From NCBI RefSeq assembly GCF_018350175.1, contig NC_058368.1:131566001-131630000 (forward strand): a stretch of 64,000 nt of DNA, written 5' to 3'. This document shows, in pieces, positions 43,967 to 56,766 of the stretch (its first letter is position 1; each line of letters opens with the position of its first letter). The DNA comes from Felis catus. Taxonomy: Eukaryota. Under the pieces are notes generated by a model. That model worked only from the letters and a program-made list of their open reading frames with translations. It made no database searches and was not told where the DNA came from. A program made the position numbers and the translations under genes.

Positions 43967-44195
43967 GGGGCGCCTGGGTGGCGCAGTCAGTTAAGCGTCC
44001 GACTTCAGCCAGGTTACGATCTCACGGTCCGTGAGTTCAAGCCCCGCGTCAGGCTCTGGGCTGATGGCTCAGAGCCTGGAGCCTATTTCGGATTCTGTGT
44101 CTCCCTCTCTCTCTGCCCCTCCCCCGTTCATGCTCTGTCTCTCTCTGTCCCAAAAATAAACAAACGTTGAAAAAAAAATTAAAAAAAAAAAAAAG
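43967..44195 (+). mobile_element. Young SINEC_Fc, TSD AAAAGTATTTTA
   Basis: CpG-rich head GGGGCGCCTGGGTGGCGCAGTC, long A tail, clean TSD. Confidence 0.95.
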
Positions 44196-44852
44196 TATTT
44201 TAGCCTTGAATTAGGTAATTAAGGCCCAAAACACTTAATTAGCATTAGGAACATGTAAAACATTTGTGGAATTGAACCTAAGGAGAGAAAATAGAGTATT
44301 TGTACATTTGCCCTCAAGTCAAATTGCTTGAAAGACCCTTTCTCCTTTGATAAGATGACAATTATTTAAATTATCATACAGCTGACACATTACTTTCTCA
44401 TATCAAACGGGAGCCATTGATCTTATTATGATCAAGATCAAGACAAATAGCCTGTCAGATATGTAACAGAGTCTGAGGGCCACATGAATGCTGAGTAGAG
44501 GGTATTTTTTTTAACTAAACAAAATCCTAAGCGGGGGTGGGGCAAGGATCACCCTGGTTTCTCGTTATTTATATGATCTGGCAGCGGATAGTATTTCACT
44601 GAAAGAAGATACTGTATACCAAGTACTGACAAATGTCCATTTGCCCCAGAGTCATAACCATTTCTCAATAGCTGTTTCTGAATTCCCAGCAGAAAGTGTT
44701 CCTTCTAGGACTTATTTCTGCTTACAATTGTGGAACCTACATCAAACCTTTCAATATTCAACGTGTCCCTTTTCTAAGATTCAAGATTTAATGTAGCCCA
44801 GTGGACTATCCATTCTTCTCTTGCTCTTCACACTCTTTCCCTCGATCACCCA

Positions 44853-45343
44853 CAGATTTCCTCAGGCCACAATGGGGTTACGTGCTGATAAACCCACCGT
44901 AGGTTGAAAATATTCTAGGTGGAAAATGCATTTAGTACACCTAATCTACTGAATATCACAGTTTAGCCTGACCTTAAAGGTGCTCAGAACAGTTGTTCTT
45001 AGCCTACAGTTGGGCAAAATCATCTAACATGAAGCTCGTTTTATAATAAAGTGTTGCATTCGGTAAATGACAGACTCTTCCGACACTGAATACCATACTG
45101 ACAGTGAGAAACAGAGCGGTTCCCAGCATAAGGGCTTTTACCCCGGAGCTCGCGTGGCTGACTGGGAGCATCGGCTCGCTGTTGGTATGGGCATCACAAG
45201 AGAGGATCATTCTACACATTGCTAGTCTGGGAAAAGGTCAAAATTCGAAACTGAAAGTAGTTTCTACTGAATGTGTCTTGCTTTCTGACCATCGCGAGGT
45301 TGCAAACTCCGAAATCAGACCATCATGTGCCAGGGACTATCGG
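44853..45343. mobile_element. MER47/Tigger5-family DNA transposon
   Basis: ATGGGGTTACGT..GATAAACCCA, TAGCCTACAGTTGGGCAAAATCATCTAAC and GTGGCTGACTGGGAGC motifs; degenerate TIRs. Confidence 0.8.
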
Positions 45344-47782
45344 TATATAGGTGAACTAAGGATAAGGTGGAGGGCGGGGGGTGGGGGCTAGAAAGGCATA
45401 GGTGGCACCCTGAGAGGGACAGAAGTTTGGAGAAGAAACTTAAGCATCTGGAGAAAAGCTGGGTCAAATGACTAACCTTTAAGTTCATGAAAACTCTAAG
45501 ATCCCGGGCTTCCATAGTAACTTAATTTTTTCTTGATAGTTTGCTCTAGTTAGACACAGCATCTGTATCTATGATTCGACATCAGCATTTCAAACATCAG
45601 TGTTATATTGCTGATACCATAATACCTTCTGGGGGCCTAAGGTTAGTAAGGTCCCCCATTTCTGAGCTTTCAAAGTGCCTTAAAAATGTTATTATTGGTT
45701 ATTATTTTACTACTCCCCAAAGGGATAGCACACATGAGCCCACTCATCAGTCAGTCATCACAGGCACCACGCTCTTTCAACCCCGCTCCCTCTGCCCCCA
45801 AAGCCTCTGAGCACCGTGAGGAACCCGGCTGAGGGCCTGTGTGGAGGTGCTCTGAGAGCTCCCAGTCCACAGAGTGGCAGAGGGGTGCTGGGTTCCACAC
45901 TGAGGTGGGGAAATGGCCTCCTCTCCAACTCTGTGCCATACCTGATCATCTGGGGCTGAAGAAACTCTGTCCATCAGCTCTGGGGTATCTATTAATGCTT
46001 CTGCTTCTCCTCCAGCTCATCACAGAGGTTTAAATTTATTCTCACACCCAGGTGGTAAGCAGACACCATGCAACCCACCGCAGTCCTCTTCCTCCCCTTT
46101 GGGTCTATTTCCTACTCAAATCTACTTCCTCTCTCCCCCACGGATACATACAACACGTGCCCCCACGCATATCCGCAGATGCAAATACTGGTGATGGATG
46201 TGGGGATGGGGGCAGAAAGTACAAAAGAGATAAGGAAAGGCGTTCACGACGTGAGGACATCTCTAGCCCAGTTTGGTAGCCTAAAAAGGTCAAGGGAATA
46301 ACTGGAAGAGCTACTGAGGCTCATATTCCTTCCTAGGTGAGTTCATAAAGACCCTTCCCATCCCCTGCCATCGCAGGGTTCTTTGGGCCCACAACTTTAG
46401 AGCTGAAGTAGGTGCTGCGTACAATCCCTTGACTGCTTTCAGCCTTAAAGGCCCCCGAGAGGTGCACTTTCCCTTTACTGATGAAGTACAACCCACTGTC
46501 ACTATGGATTTCTACTGCTGTGCAGGATGCAAAGTGCTTCTCCAAATACGATGTCCATTAACCCTTTCTACCTCTTGGAGCTGTGGATGATTCTATTCTA
46601 CATACATGCAAACTGAAGAGCTCTGAGAGGTGAGGTGGCCTGCCTCTGGCCACACAGCATAGGAGTGACAGAGTTGGAACAGGAAACCAGGTCTCGGGAC
46701 TTCCAGCTACGAGCCCTGGCCACTGTCCCATAGGTACCACCCTCCCATCAAGTCATTATTTGTCTTAAAGTAATTTCTGGATAACAGGAACTGAGATCAC
46801 ATGGATTCCTCTATCTTTTGTAAATGGACACACATTCCCTCTATTTATGATCCCTCATTTACCTTCATGATGTGTTCTGGTAAGTTATGCAGAGCTGGAA
46901 AACCCCGGTCATTGGACGGCCAGCAGCGAGTCCTCAGAAGCAAATCCACCCCAAGGAAGCAGGCATCTTACAGGTGTAATTACTTGCAGAGTGGTGTTCT
47001 GGGGATAGCAGGGCCCCTAAACTCTTTCCAGCCCAGGCCCTGGGATGGAATCTGTGGTTTTGCACTGAAAGCTGAATCGCTAAATGCTAGAGCTTTGCAG
47101 TCCAATTAACTTTGCTCCCAAATGCTTCTTCAAATAAATGTTAGACATAGCAGGCAGTCTTCTAACTTGCAGTCTCTGCCCTGGAGGAGTGGTGGGTAAG
47201 CTCCACTTGGCTCAGCCTCAGGGTATACAATCAACTCCCAGCTTTACTGTAGCCAGGAAGGGGCAATGGCAGTGACGGACAGTTCTAGTCCTCTTGGCAC
47301 CTCTGTGGGACAGTTGTGGCCTGAGGCTACAGAGGATCAGTTTAGCTGACTGTGGCCGTGAGCAACTAAAGGCATTGTTTAGACACCTACCGATATTTTA
47401 CAGAAATCACCCCAGGGTTCTTGGAGACGCCTGAGGGGAGACTGGCTGTCACCCAGCAGGTAGGGGCTAGAAGCTATGGAGATGTGAGGGCTAATGCTTA
47501 CCGTCTTTGTAGCTGTGGGCGCAGATGGTAGTTGCCCCCAAGCTGCAGCCCCTCGCTGCCCTCCTGCCCTTCCACTGCACCAGCTCTGAAGCAGACATTC
47601 AAAGCTCTCTAAAACCTGCATCATTGCAAAAACACACATTCCTCTTTCCACTTCCAAGACAAAGACCCCATGAAAATTAACTAAGAAATCACCCGAGTAA
47701 CATACTCTGGTGCTGGTGTGCTCAAGAAAGAGTAATTGTAGGATGTTTCTGTGCGCTCTTGCTTCCAGAAGCCTCATGGCCT

Positions 47783-47965
47783 AAGCAGTGATCCTAACCC
47801 TGCTGCACATCCTAGTACCTGGAGGAATTTTTTAAGATGCTCTTACCGGGGCTCCACCCCAGATCAATTAAATCAGAATGTCTGGGGATGAGGCCTGGAC
47901 ACGATATTTATAAAAAACTCTGCAAGTATTTTACAAGCCTACAGCAGGGTTTAAGAACCACTGAG
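47783..47965. mobile_element. MER5-like MITE (similar copies at ~50146-50320 and ~54028-54190)
   Basis: CCACCCCAGATCAATTAAATCAGAAT and TTAAGAACCACTG motifs. Confidence 0.7.
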
Positions 47966-48603
47966 AATTTGAGAGGAAGGAGGACCGGACTGATTATCAG
48001 ACCCTATTTTAGAGTTATCACCATGCTTTCAGCTGGGTTACTTTGATCAATCCCCTTGACTACTGTGGGCTGTACTTACCATGCCTACACTTCCTTGAAG
48101 CTGCACAAATGTGTGTGTACATTACAGCATGGCTTGTGACAGCAAAAAAGGAGGAATGATCTAAGTATCCAATAGAGGATTGATTAAATAATAGGCCCAG
48201 GTGCTAAAATACTGTGCAAACATTTAAAATGACATTTAGTGAAAAAAAAATCATATTATAAAACAGTTTTGCATAATGACCCCGTTTTTCAAACAAAATG
48301 AAAATTATATAAGTAGATCTAATTCCAAGGATATACACCAAAATCTTTACATGTGTTCCTTTTTAGATAAATGACTTCCTTACATATCTCTATTTTCTAA
48401 ATATTTTGTATTAGATGTTTAGGGGCAAAATCTACACACACATGTCAAGCCATGAGTATCAGTCTTGAATGCAAGCAGGAAAATATCAAAAATAATTTAT
48501 TTATATAGGTAGAGTTCGAGCTTTTATACTTATTAGGTAGGGAAATGCAAAACTCTGATGTTTTACTTGTCTTCTAAGTTACTTATAAAAAGGTACTAGC
48601 CTT

Positions 48604-49021
48604 GGGGCAGCTGGGTGGCTCAGGTTGAGCATCGGATTTCAGCTCAGGTCACAATCTTGCGGTTTATGAGTTTGAGCCCCACATTGGGCTCTGTGCTGAC
48701 AGCTCAGAGCCTGGAGCCTGCTTCAGATTCTGTGTCTGCCTCTCTCTCTGCCCCTCCCCCACTGGCGCTCTATCTCTCTCTCAAAAATAAATAAAACATT
48801 TTTAAAAATTAAAAAAAGAACGGTACTAGCCTTGGGGTGCCTGGATGTCTCAGTCATTTCAATGTCTGACTCTTGATTTTTGCTCAGGTCATGATCCCAA
48901 GGTCATGGGACCAAGCCCCATGTCAGGCTCTGCGCTGAGCGTGGGGTCTGCATAAGATTCTCTCCCTCTGTCCCTCTCCCCTGCACACACTCGCATTCTG
49001 TCTCTAAAGTTACAAAAAAAG
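48604..49021 (+). mobile_element. Two CanSINEs of different subfamilies (48604-48820 and 48834-49021) separated by a copy of the same TSD
   Basis: GGTACTAGCCTT occurs three times: before, between and after the two SINEs. Confidence 0.94.
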
Positions 49022-52000
49022 AAAGGTACTAGCCTTAAATTTGTTCATCTTCTTTATTTGGAACTAAAGATCCAGAAGAAAAAAAATGAGAGAAAACATT
49101 TCTCCTACAGTATTTGTTCTGGGCCCTGGCGGGGCTGCCCCCATTTCCTTGGAGAGAATAATTAGAGAGGAAGCAGGAGTGAAAAAGGCAGGAGGCTGGA
49201 GAGCCAGGAGAGAAGGCTTTTGATCTGTTTTTCTTTTCTAGAACATTCTGTCATATTTTTTGCCTGGTGTGTTGGTGGTTATGAAGATAAAATGAAACCA
49301 TCAGTCCAAGGACTGAGCACACCTTTAGCCACACAACTACTCAACATTCCCATTCATTCACACATGTTCCTGTGAAGGGAATAACTTAACTACTTATCAC
49401 ATGTGTGACCTCAGAGCAACCCCATCTCCTTCAGGTCTGTTTCTATCCCTAAAAAAGTAAGGAAAATAATAGCACCAACGTTCCTGGGCTGCTCTGAGAA
49501 TTAACTCACGTGATGTAGGCAAAGCACTTAGCAAAACACTGAACACACAATAAGCATTCAATACATGCCAGCTATTATTATTATTATTATTACAACTTAG
49601 TCCAGCATTCCTTAACCAAAAACACCTTTCAGTATTACTAAGATTTCACTGTAATCCAGAGAAAGAATTGTACAAGTTATATAGCTCTAACAGTTTGGAA
49701 TGAGAATGATAAAAATAGTTTGGAAGATTATGTTTTGATTAGAAAAATGTACTTTTTTTTCATCATTTCAGTACTAAAAAAAAAGATTATTATTTCAAGT
49801 GCTCAAGAATAATCCCTCTGTGGTTTAACACCAAGAATAGAATATTTCATTTCAGAAAGAATGCCTAAGAGAAATGATGAGCCACTGATAAAGGTTATTA
49901 CACTACAAAATGACTTTGGGTGTAAGGCAAGTGTTTTTGTGTTATGAAAGTGATTGGGCCTTTCTAAATGTTTTCAAAACACGGTATATGCATATAATAT
50001 AATGAATGCCTAATGATTTTTGTTGTCAGGCTCAGGGTTCAAGAGGACCAGGACTTGGTAGAGGAACAGGGAAAAAGGAACTTCGACATTGATGGTTTCA
50101 ATTAACAAGCTTTACCAGAATAAATCGAGCATGAGAACAACATAGACCAGTGGTTCCCAAACTTGTGATACTATTGGTCACCTGGGGAGCTTCAAAAAAT
50201 ACAAGTGCCAGGGGCTTATCCTCAGGGGTTCTGATTTACCTGATGGGGGGCATGCCCTGGGCTCCAGAATGTATTGTCTTCAGGTGATTCTGATGCTCAA
50301 CTAAGTTTGAGAACCTCTACCCTAGACAAAGGATCCATCTGAGCAAATGGCCCCCAGGTGTCTCCCTTCTTCTTTCCTCAGGGGGAAGTTCCCAGGGTGT
50401 GGCAATGGCGAGCAGCCCCCACTTGGGGCCCTCTCTGCGTTCCCCATTTTTTCCCTGCCCTGTGCTGGAAAAGGTACATCAACTGCCCAGAAATAATGTG
50501 GGATACATCATCCAAGTCCAATGATCAGATTTCAGACTGTAATTCATGCTGTGACAACAAGATGCCGCCTCCATTTCTCGACATCTCTGTCTCAGCCTTG
50601 AGGCCCTTTAGCTGTGTCACATAACCAGAAAACTCTCATTGACATCCACATAAGAGCGTCCTTGGGCAGGGTTTTAATTCTGAATTAGATGGTATCAATA
50701 AAATGAGAAAACATGTTTCAATCACTCATTTTAGGTAGACGCCAAAGTTCAGATGGTAGCTTTGAAGGATCTGGTAATCAATAGGCAAATACCCCCTGGT
50801 CTGAGCTCTGCTCTACATGGGTGTCTGTCTGTCTGTCTGTCGAGGAATGAGCTAAGTTGTGTCAAATGGAAACTTAGCTTTTGACCTGAGACACAAGGAA
50901 GTCATCTACTCATCTTTGTAATATAGTTTAAGCTTCACTGCTTACATCTGAAGTAATGATATAAGGTACTTTTTAAACTAAAATTTGAAGGCCCAGGCTA
51001 TCTCCAAAAAAGAAACTAGGAAATATGTAACAGATGTGAATTATGTACAAAATCAAATTATATAGAAAAAAAAAATTTTTGTTGGCCTGGAATGATGAAA
51101 ATAGCTTTAAGTTTTAAAAGTGCTTTCATGATAAAAATAATCTCATCTTGTCCTTAGAATATACCTGTGTGGTATTTTTATTCTTGTGCTACCGTTGAGG
51201 AAATGGAGGCTTATACAGATCAAGTGTCTTGTCCAAGGTCACATAATCAATAAATAGAGTCAGTACTCAAACTCATGACCTCTCAATTCAAAGGCCACTG
51301 GACTTTCCACTATGCCATGACTACAAGAATGCAAGTATGGCTAACTAAGACTCAAATTTATTAGATAATTTCTAACTTTTTGCTTTTCCCTTCATTTTCT
51401 TTCTAACTGCCAGGAATAGGCTTAGCTCTGTCACTGATCAGTAATTGAGGAGATATATCAATTAGGATTTTTTGCAAGAAAGAACAGCTTCTTCCAAATA
51501 CCTTGAGGAGGAGGATTTATTGGGAGGTTATGGAGTTTGGGGAGGGGGGTGGGAAATCACACAATCAAAAAGGGACACAAACCAAGGAGACTGCACAGAT
51601 TACATAACAGAAACCGGCTGGCCAAATTGTTGCTCTAGCCAATGCCAATGATGGACGCTGCTGCCCCAGATAAAGTCCTAACCATCCCTTCCTCTTAGGT
51701 CACATACCACAGCTTCAAAGCCTTGGTCAGAATGCCCAGTGTGCCAGGTGCAGTACCCTGGCTACAGGTGCAGAGAGAGAGGCCCTCTTCCTTTCAGCTT
51801 CCACAGTGGGAAGCAGGACATTGGTACCCCTCAACATCACAGGTAATCGAGAATCTCCCAACAGAAGGAAGGGTCAGATGTTGGGGCGATCAAAGAAATG
51901 ACAACTACCTCCTGCAAGACAACACTGATTTAAAAGATTATGTTTTTCTATTTTCCTGCAACATTAGAAAAACATTAAGAGAAGTTTCTAAGGAAAATTA

Positions 52001-54409
52001 GAAGCTACTATAAAAAGAGTATTCATTCTTACTCATTTTTTTCCCTTGTAAAAAAAAAATCTGTGGTTAATAACTCAAAGCCACTGGTGACATTAGTCAA
52101 GCTGCACAGTTAGAAAACAAAACTGTCCCTAGGGAGTGTGTTAGGAGGTCTGTGGGGTTTCACTCTCCTTAGCTTTCCAACAACCCAGCTCTGGTCCGTG
52201 AAAAAAGTAGCCCCATGCAACAGGTTACATCTACTGTGAGCCAGAATCTGCGAACACACTGCTTGTTCATTCATTCGTTCAGCCTACATTTATTATGTAC
52301 TTCTCTGCGTGCCAGGCATTGAGGTTTTCAGTACCTGGTACTAGCAATACAAAGATCAACAGTCACAGATTCTGGAAAAACATCTTGCTTGTGCATCGGT
52401 GTGGTGGGCCTGTCTCTGTAGGTACGAATTTGAGTTTGTGTAAATTGCGATGCAAGAATTAGTGATAATCTGATTTTTCAAACCACACGGGAGATTTAGG
52501 TAATCTGCTACAGGAGTAACAGAGAGACTAAAATGTTTAGACCTTATTAAAATGTATCATCTTGGAAATTCACCTCCTGCTGTATGCTCTGGCTTCCCAC
52601 CTGCCAGATTTTCCCCTTTTGGCTATGTGCATACATACTCAACTAAAAAATAAAAATTCCTTATTGCTAAGTGCTATTTTTAGAGAGAATCTTAGGTCTT
52701 GAAAGATTTTGTTCCATAAATCTGTTCAGCATGCTGTCTTTCAGAAAAATAAAAAGGAAGGAGCTCACCAAAGACAGGTTTATGCTTACAGTCAGGCTAA
52801 TTTAAGCGATAAAAACAGAGCTAGAGACATACACGGGAAGAGCTGAACAAGGACTTCATGTTACCATTGTCTAACCCTTTTTTGAAACAGGGCAAGCAGC
52901 ACCACAATTCGTTGTAATATCCTTTCTTTCCTGAAGCTGTACCTGGGTTGTATCAACTCAGTGTCTGTTTTCATAAACCCCAACAGAAAGAGGTCCCTAG
53001 AACAATGACGCTTAATCTGCAAAACACAGAGAGGCAGAATGGGCTTTATAAAAGAGCATTTACTCTTAGGAGAAATTGTGTAAATACGTTTTCAAGTGTC
53101 AAAATAATAACCTTTTATTTCTGTAAGTTGACTGTTAGAGCATCTCTGTTTGCTTTTCTAGGTATTTGGAAGGCCATTTCCATTTAAAAACATTAAGTAA
53201 AGATGATGATGATCTAGTCTCCCACTTCACAGAGAAAGTAAAAGCATCAGCTGCTCAAATACCTCTATAAATAATAAAACAAAGTTTCTCTAAATTCTTC
53301 AGTCCGTGAGGGACTACTTTTACCTTTAGTGGCTCTCCGCATTCTTCAGGGAGTCCAGCGCTCCGCACGCTCCTGGCAATCCCTAGCACGGCCATTTTTC
53401 TCTGGTGCATTTGGCGAGCAGGGGGCTTGTCCTGCATTCGCTGCTGAGTCAGCCCACGCTCCAGCATGCATCACCGATGTTACCAGATTACCCCCACTTG
53501 GTATTGCTCTTTCCTCACAACTTCATCCCATACACACATGGGTGGGAATGTGGATTGCCACTCTTGGCCATCATTTCCCATGGCAACGCTAATAGGGAGC
53601 TGCTGTTACAAATTAATCTCTTCCCCTGCCCAAGCATCCCCTGGGTGCCATCCTTGAGAATTCGTCTATATCTTAATATGGCTCAGGTGAGACCCATCCC
53701 AGTTTCTCCAGTGAGAAGGCAGGTAGCCCCTTGGTTTCTTTCCTCCTGAGTGAAACCTCATTCTCCACCTGCATTCAATTCTCTTATCATTGCTCCTGAA
53801 ACGTCTTAGCTTTTGTGTTGCCTTTTCAGCTTTAGAGGGATTGATGTGGTTGGTGATACCAAAACTCAGCCACAATAAGGCAGGCATTTTCAGGCCAACC
53901 CTGGTTGTATTAATGAATAAAAAACTGTGAAAGCCTCTAATACTAGGTTCTAGGACAAATGGCTCTACTTTCCCGATTTGATGGGCTTTGCAGAAGTGTA
54001 TTTCTTGAGATCCAAAAATATCTTCTAAGACAGGTGTTCTCAACTTTGGATTAATACGGAATTACCCAGAAAACTTTTGCAACCCCTCATGCCCAGGCCA
54101 CAATCCACATCAATTACATCAGCACCCTTGGAGGGGGACCCAAGCTACTCAGGTGATTCCAAAGATCAACCAAAGTTGAGAATCACTGCCCTCAAAAGTG
54201 TCAAGGTGAGGAATTCAACATAAATATCATCACCTGATATTTTTTCTTCCCTAGAGTAGCTTAAGTGCCTAGATTTGAAGAACCTGGTTTTAAGAACAAT
54301 TTCATACCCTTCCAAAGCCTCGTGTCTTTTTAGAATTATACACATTGAAGTAAAACTGTGTTACAAGTAAAGGGCAGTGGTTACTCCCACTTTTTTTCCC
54401 CTCATGTCT

Positions 54410-55720
54410 GAGGTACATTACTCTTACAACAAAGATTAATGGAGCACCTACTGTTTACCAGGTGCCGAGAGTAACCCCGAAATAAAGCAGACATGATACA
54501 CCCTTAAGGAATTGATATCTGCTAGAGGACACATACAATAAATAAGAAAACAAATAAGATTATTACATAAGTGGTATATGGACAAATATAATATAAAAAT
54601 ATAACGTGACAGTAAGTGGGTCACCTCCAGGAACAGGGAAACAGCAGCTGATTTAGGTGGCCAGGTAAGTCCTCTCTGAGGGAGTGACATTTGAGATGAA
54701 ACCTGAATGGTTAAGAACCAGCCATGTGAAGATCGGGGGCAGAACATTCCAGGCAGAAGGAGGGTTGAGTGCCAAGACCCTGAGGCAGGAACAAACTTGG
54801 CGAGTTCCAGATTCTGACAGACTGGAGTGTGGGGACAGGTTGGGAGAGAAGGACAAGACAAGGTCAAGAAGGGAGTTAGAAGCTACCCGGGCTTGTTAAG
54901 TCACAGGGAAGAGTGGATGTGATTCAAAATGCAGTAAGAAGCCACTCGAGGAAGATATTTGTGTCTTTTAAATGTGTGGGGAATGATTATGGAGGGCAAG
55001 AGAGAAATCAGTTGCTTCGGTGATAGTGGCTTATTGTATTGTTTCAGAGATTAGGCCAGAAGGACTTCCAGATGGATTGAGGGGTGGAGGGGGTGGGGTG
55101 GGGAGGGATGAGGAAAAGGGAAAACTCCAAAATGAGTGCTCCACTTTTGGCCTGAGCAACTGACTGGATGTTAGTGCCATGTCATGAAACAGGGAGGTCT
55201 CGGTGAGGAACATTTGGGAGATGAGAGGACAAAAATCAAAGGCTTTCTTTGGACATAATAACTTTGAGATTCCTTCTAACATTCATTAATATCCATTAGA
55301 AGCCGGTGTCCATTAGGACAAGTCTAGAGCTCAGAGGAAAGGTCAGGGCTATACATCTAAATCTGAAGGTCACTGACATGGAAGTGGTATTTAAAACTTT
55401 GGGACTGGATGAGTTTGCTTACGGAGACAATGGAGACAGAAAACAGAAGGGAGCTAAATACTGAGCACTGACTTACTCTTCACCTTTTGGGAAGAAAAGA
55501 AAGATCCAGTGAAGGAGGCTGAGGAGGGGCCAGGAATTTAGGGTAATGGGACCCTGAAAGTCAAAAGCAAAAGCATCTCAAGAGGGAGAGTATGATCATT
55601 GTGCCAAAGGCTACTGAAAGATCAGAAATGTCTAATAAGTGACTTTGACATGAGCAGCCAGGGAGGCAATGGGGACGGAAGTGCAGGCGGGAGGGGTGAA
55701 GAAACTATGGTGGTGAGAAG
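54410..55720 (-). mobile_element. LINE-2 fragment
   Basis: GAGCACCTACTGT..CCAGG, GTGACATTTGAG and TTTTGGCCTGAGCAACTG motifs. Confidence 0.75.
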
Positions 55721-56199
55721 GTGGTGGTAGTGGCCACTCACGTGTGTACCTACAAGTCTTGTGGTGCCTGGAAGCACATGCTTATTACCCAGGTCCTAAG
55801 TTACAGCACTGAGTAGAAAGACACATGACAAATGTGCACACTTCTCTTGTCAGGACAAAAGTGGGTACATTAGTTGCCCACCCCCAGTTGGCATGCTATA
55901 TATGCAGTGGATCCCCTGGTTGGAATAATGGCTGCAAGAAACATGGATGAATGTTTGGGGGAGGATTGATTCTGCTCTTACTTACCCCAGGCATTTTCCT
56001 TCTGGAAAAATGCTACCTTCCCCCCCCCCCCTCCAGTTAACCATCATAATCAAAGAGCAAGATATATGGTCAGCTTAAAAAAGCTGTCTATGAAAGTTGC
56101 TTATTAAATGACAGAAAAGGCTAATCTAGCTTCAACCCTAAATCTCCTGAAATAAGACTTCTTCACATTCCTATTCCTTTTCACTTAAAACTTAAATAA

Positions 56200-56351
56200 T
56201 CTTAAACACTGAGAACAAACTGAGGGTTGATGGGGGGTGGGAGGGAGGGGAGGGTGGGTGATGGGTATTGAGGAAGGCACCTTCTGGGATGAGCAGTGGG
56301 TGTTGTATTGAAACCAATTTGACAATAAATTTTATATATTGAAAAAAAAAC
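56200..56351 (+). mobile_element. Severely 5'-truncated young felid L1 3' end (~150 bp) with TSD AAACTTAAATAA
   Basis: ACTGAGAACAAACTGAGGGTTGATGGGGGG..., AATAAA and poly-A; TSD at 56188-56199 and 56352-56363. Confidence 0.88.
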
Positions 56352-56537
56352 AAACTTAAATAAATTCATATGGCTTTCAGGTGAGGTAGGTTTTCACCTT
56401 CTTTCCACAGCAGATAGGAAGCTGTATATCCTCCTTTATGGAGATTAAATGGTCCTGTGGCACCTTTTAGGTCGTAGCCTCAAGGAGTAGTTGCATTTGT
56501 GTCGACAGTTACTGTCAGTGGAACAGCTTAGTATCGT

Positions 56538-56766
56538 TTTTTTTTTTATTTTTTTGAAGGTTTTATTTATTTTTGAGAGACAGAGAGAGACAGAGTGCAA
56601 GTGGGGGATGGGCAGAGAGAGAAGGAGACACAGAATCCGAAGCAGGCTCCAGGCTCTCAACTGTCAACACAGAACCTGACGCGGGGCTTGAACTCATGAA
56701 CCGCGAGATCATGACCTGAGCTGAATGAAGTCGGACGCTTAACCGACTGAGCCACCCAGGTGCCCC
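56538..56766 (-). mobile_element. CanSINE
   Basis: Reverse-complement head, body and tail. Confidence 0.94.
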
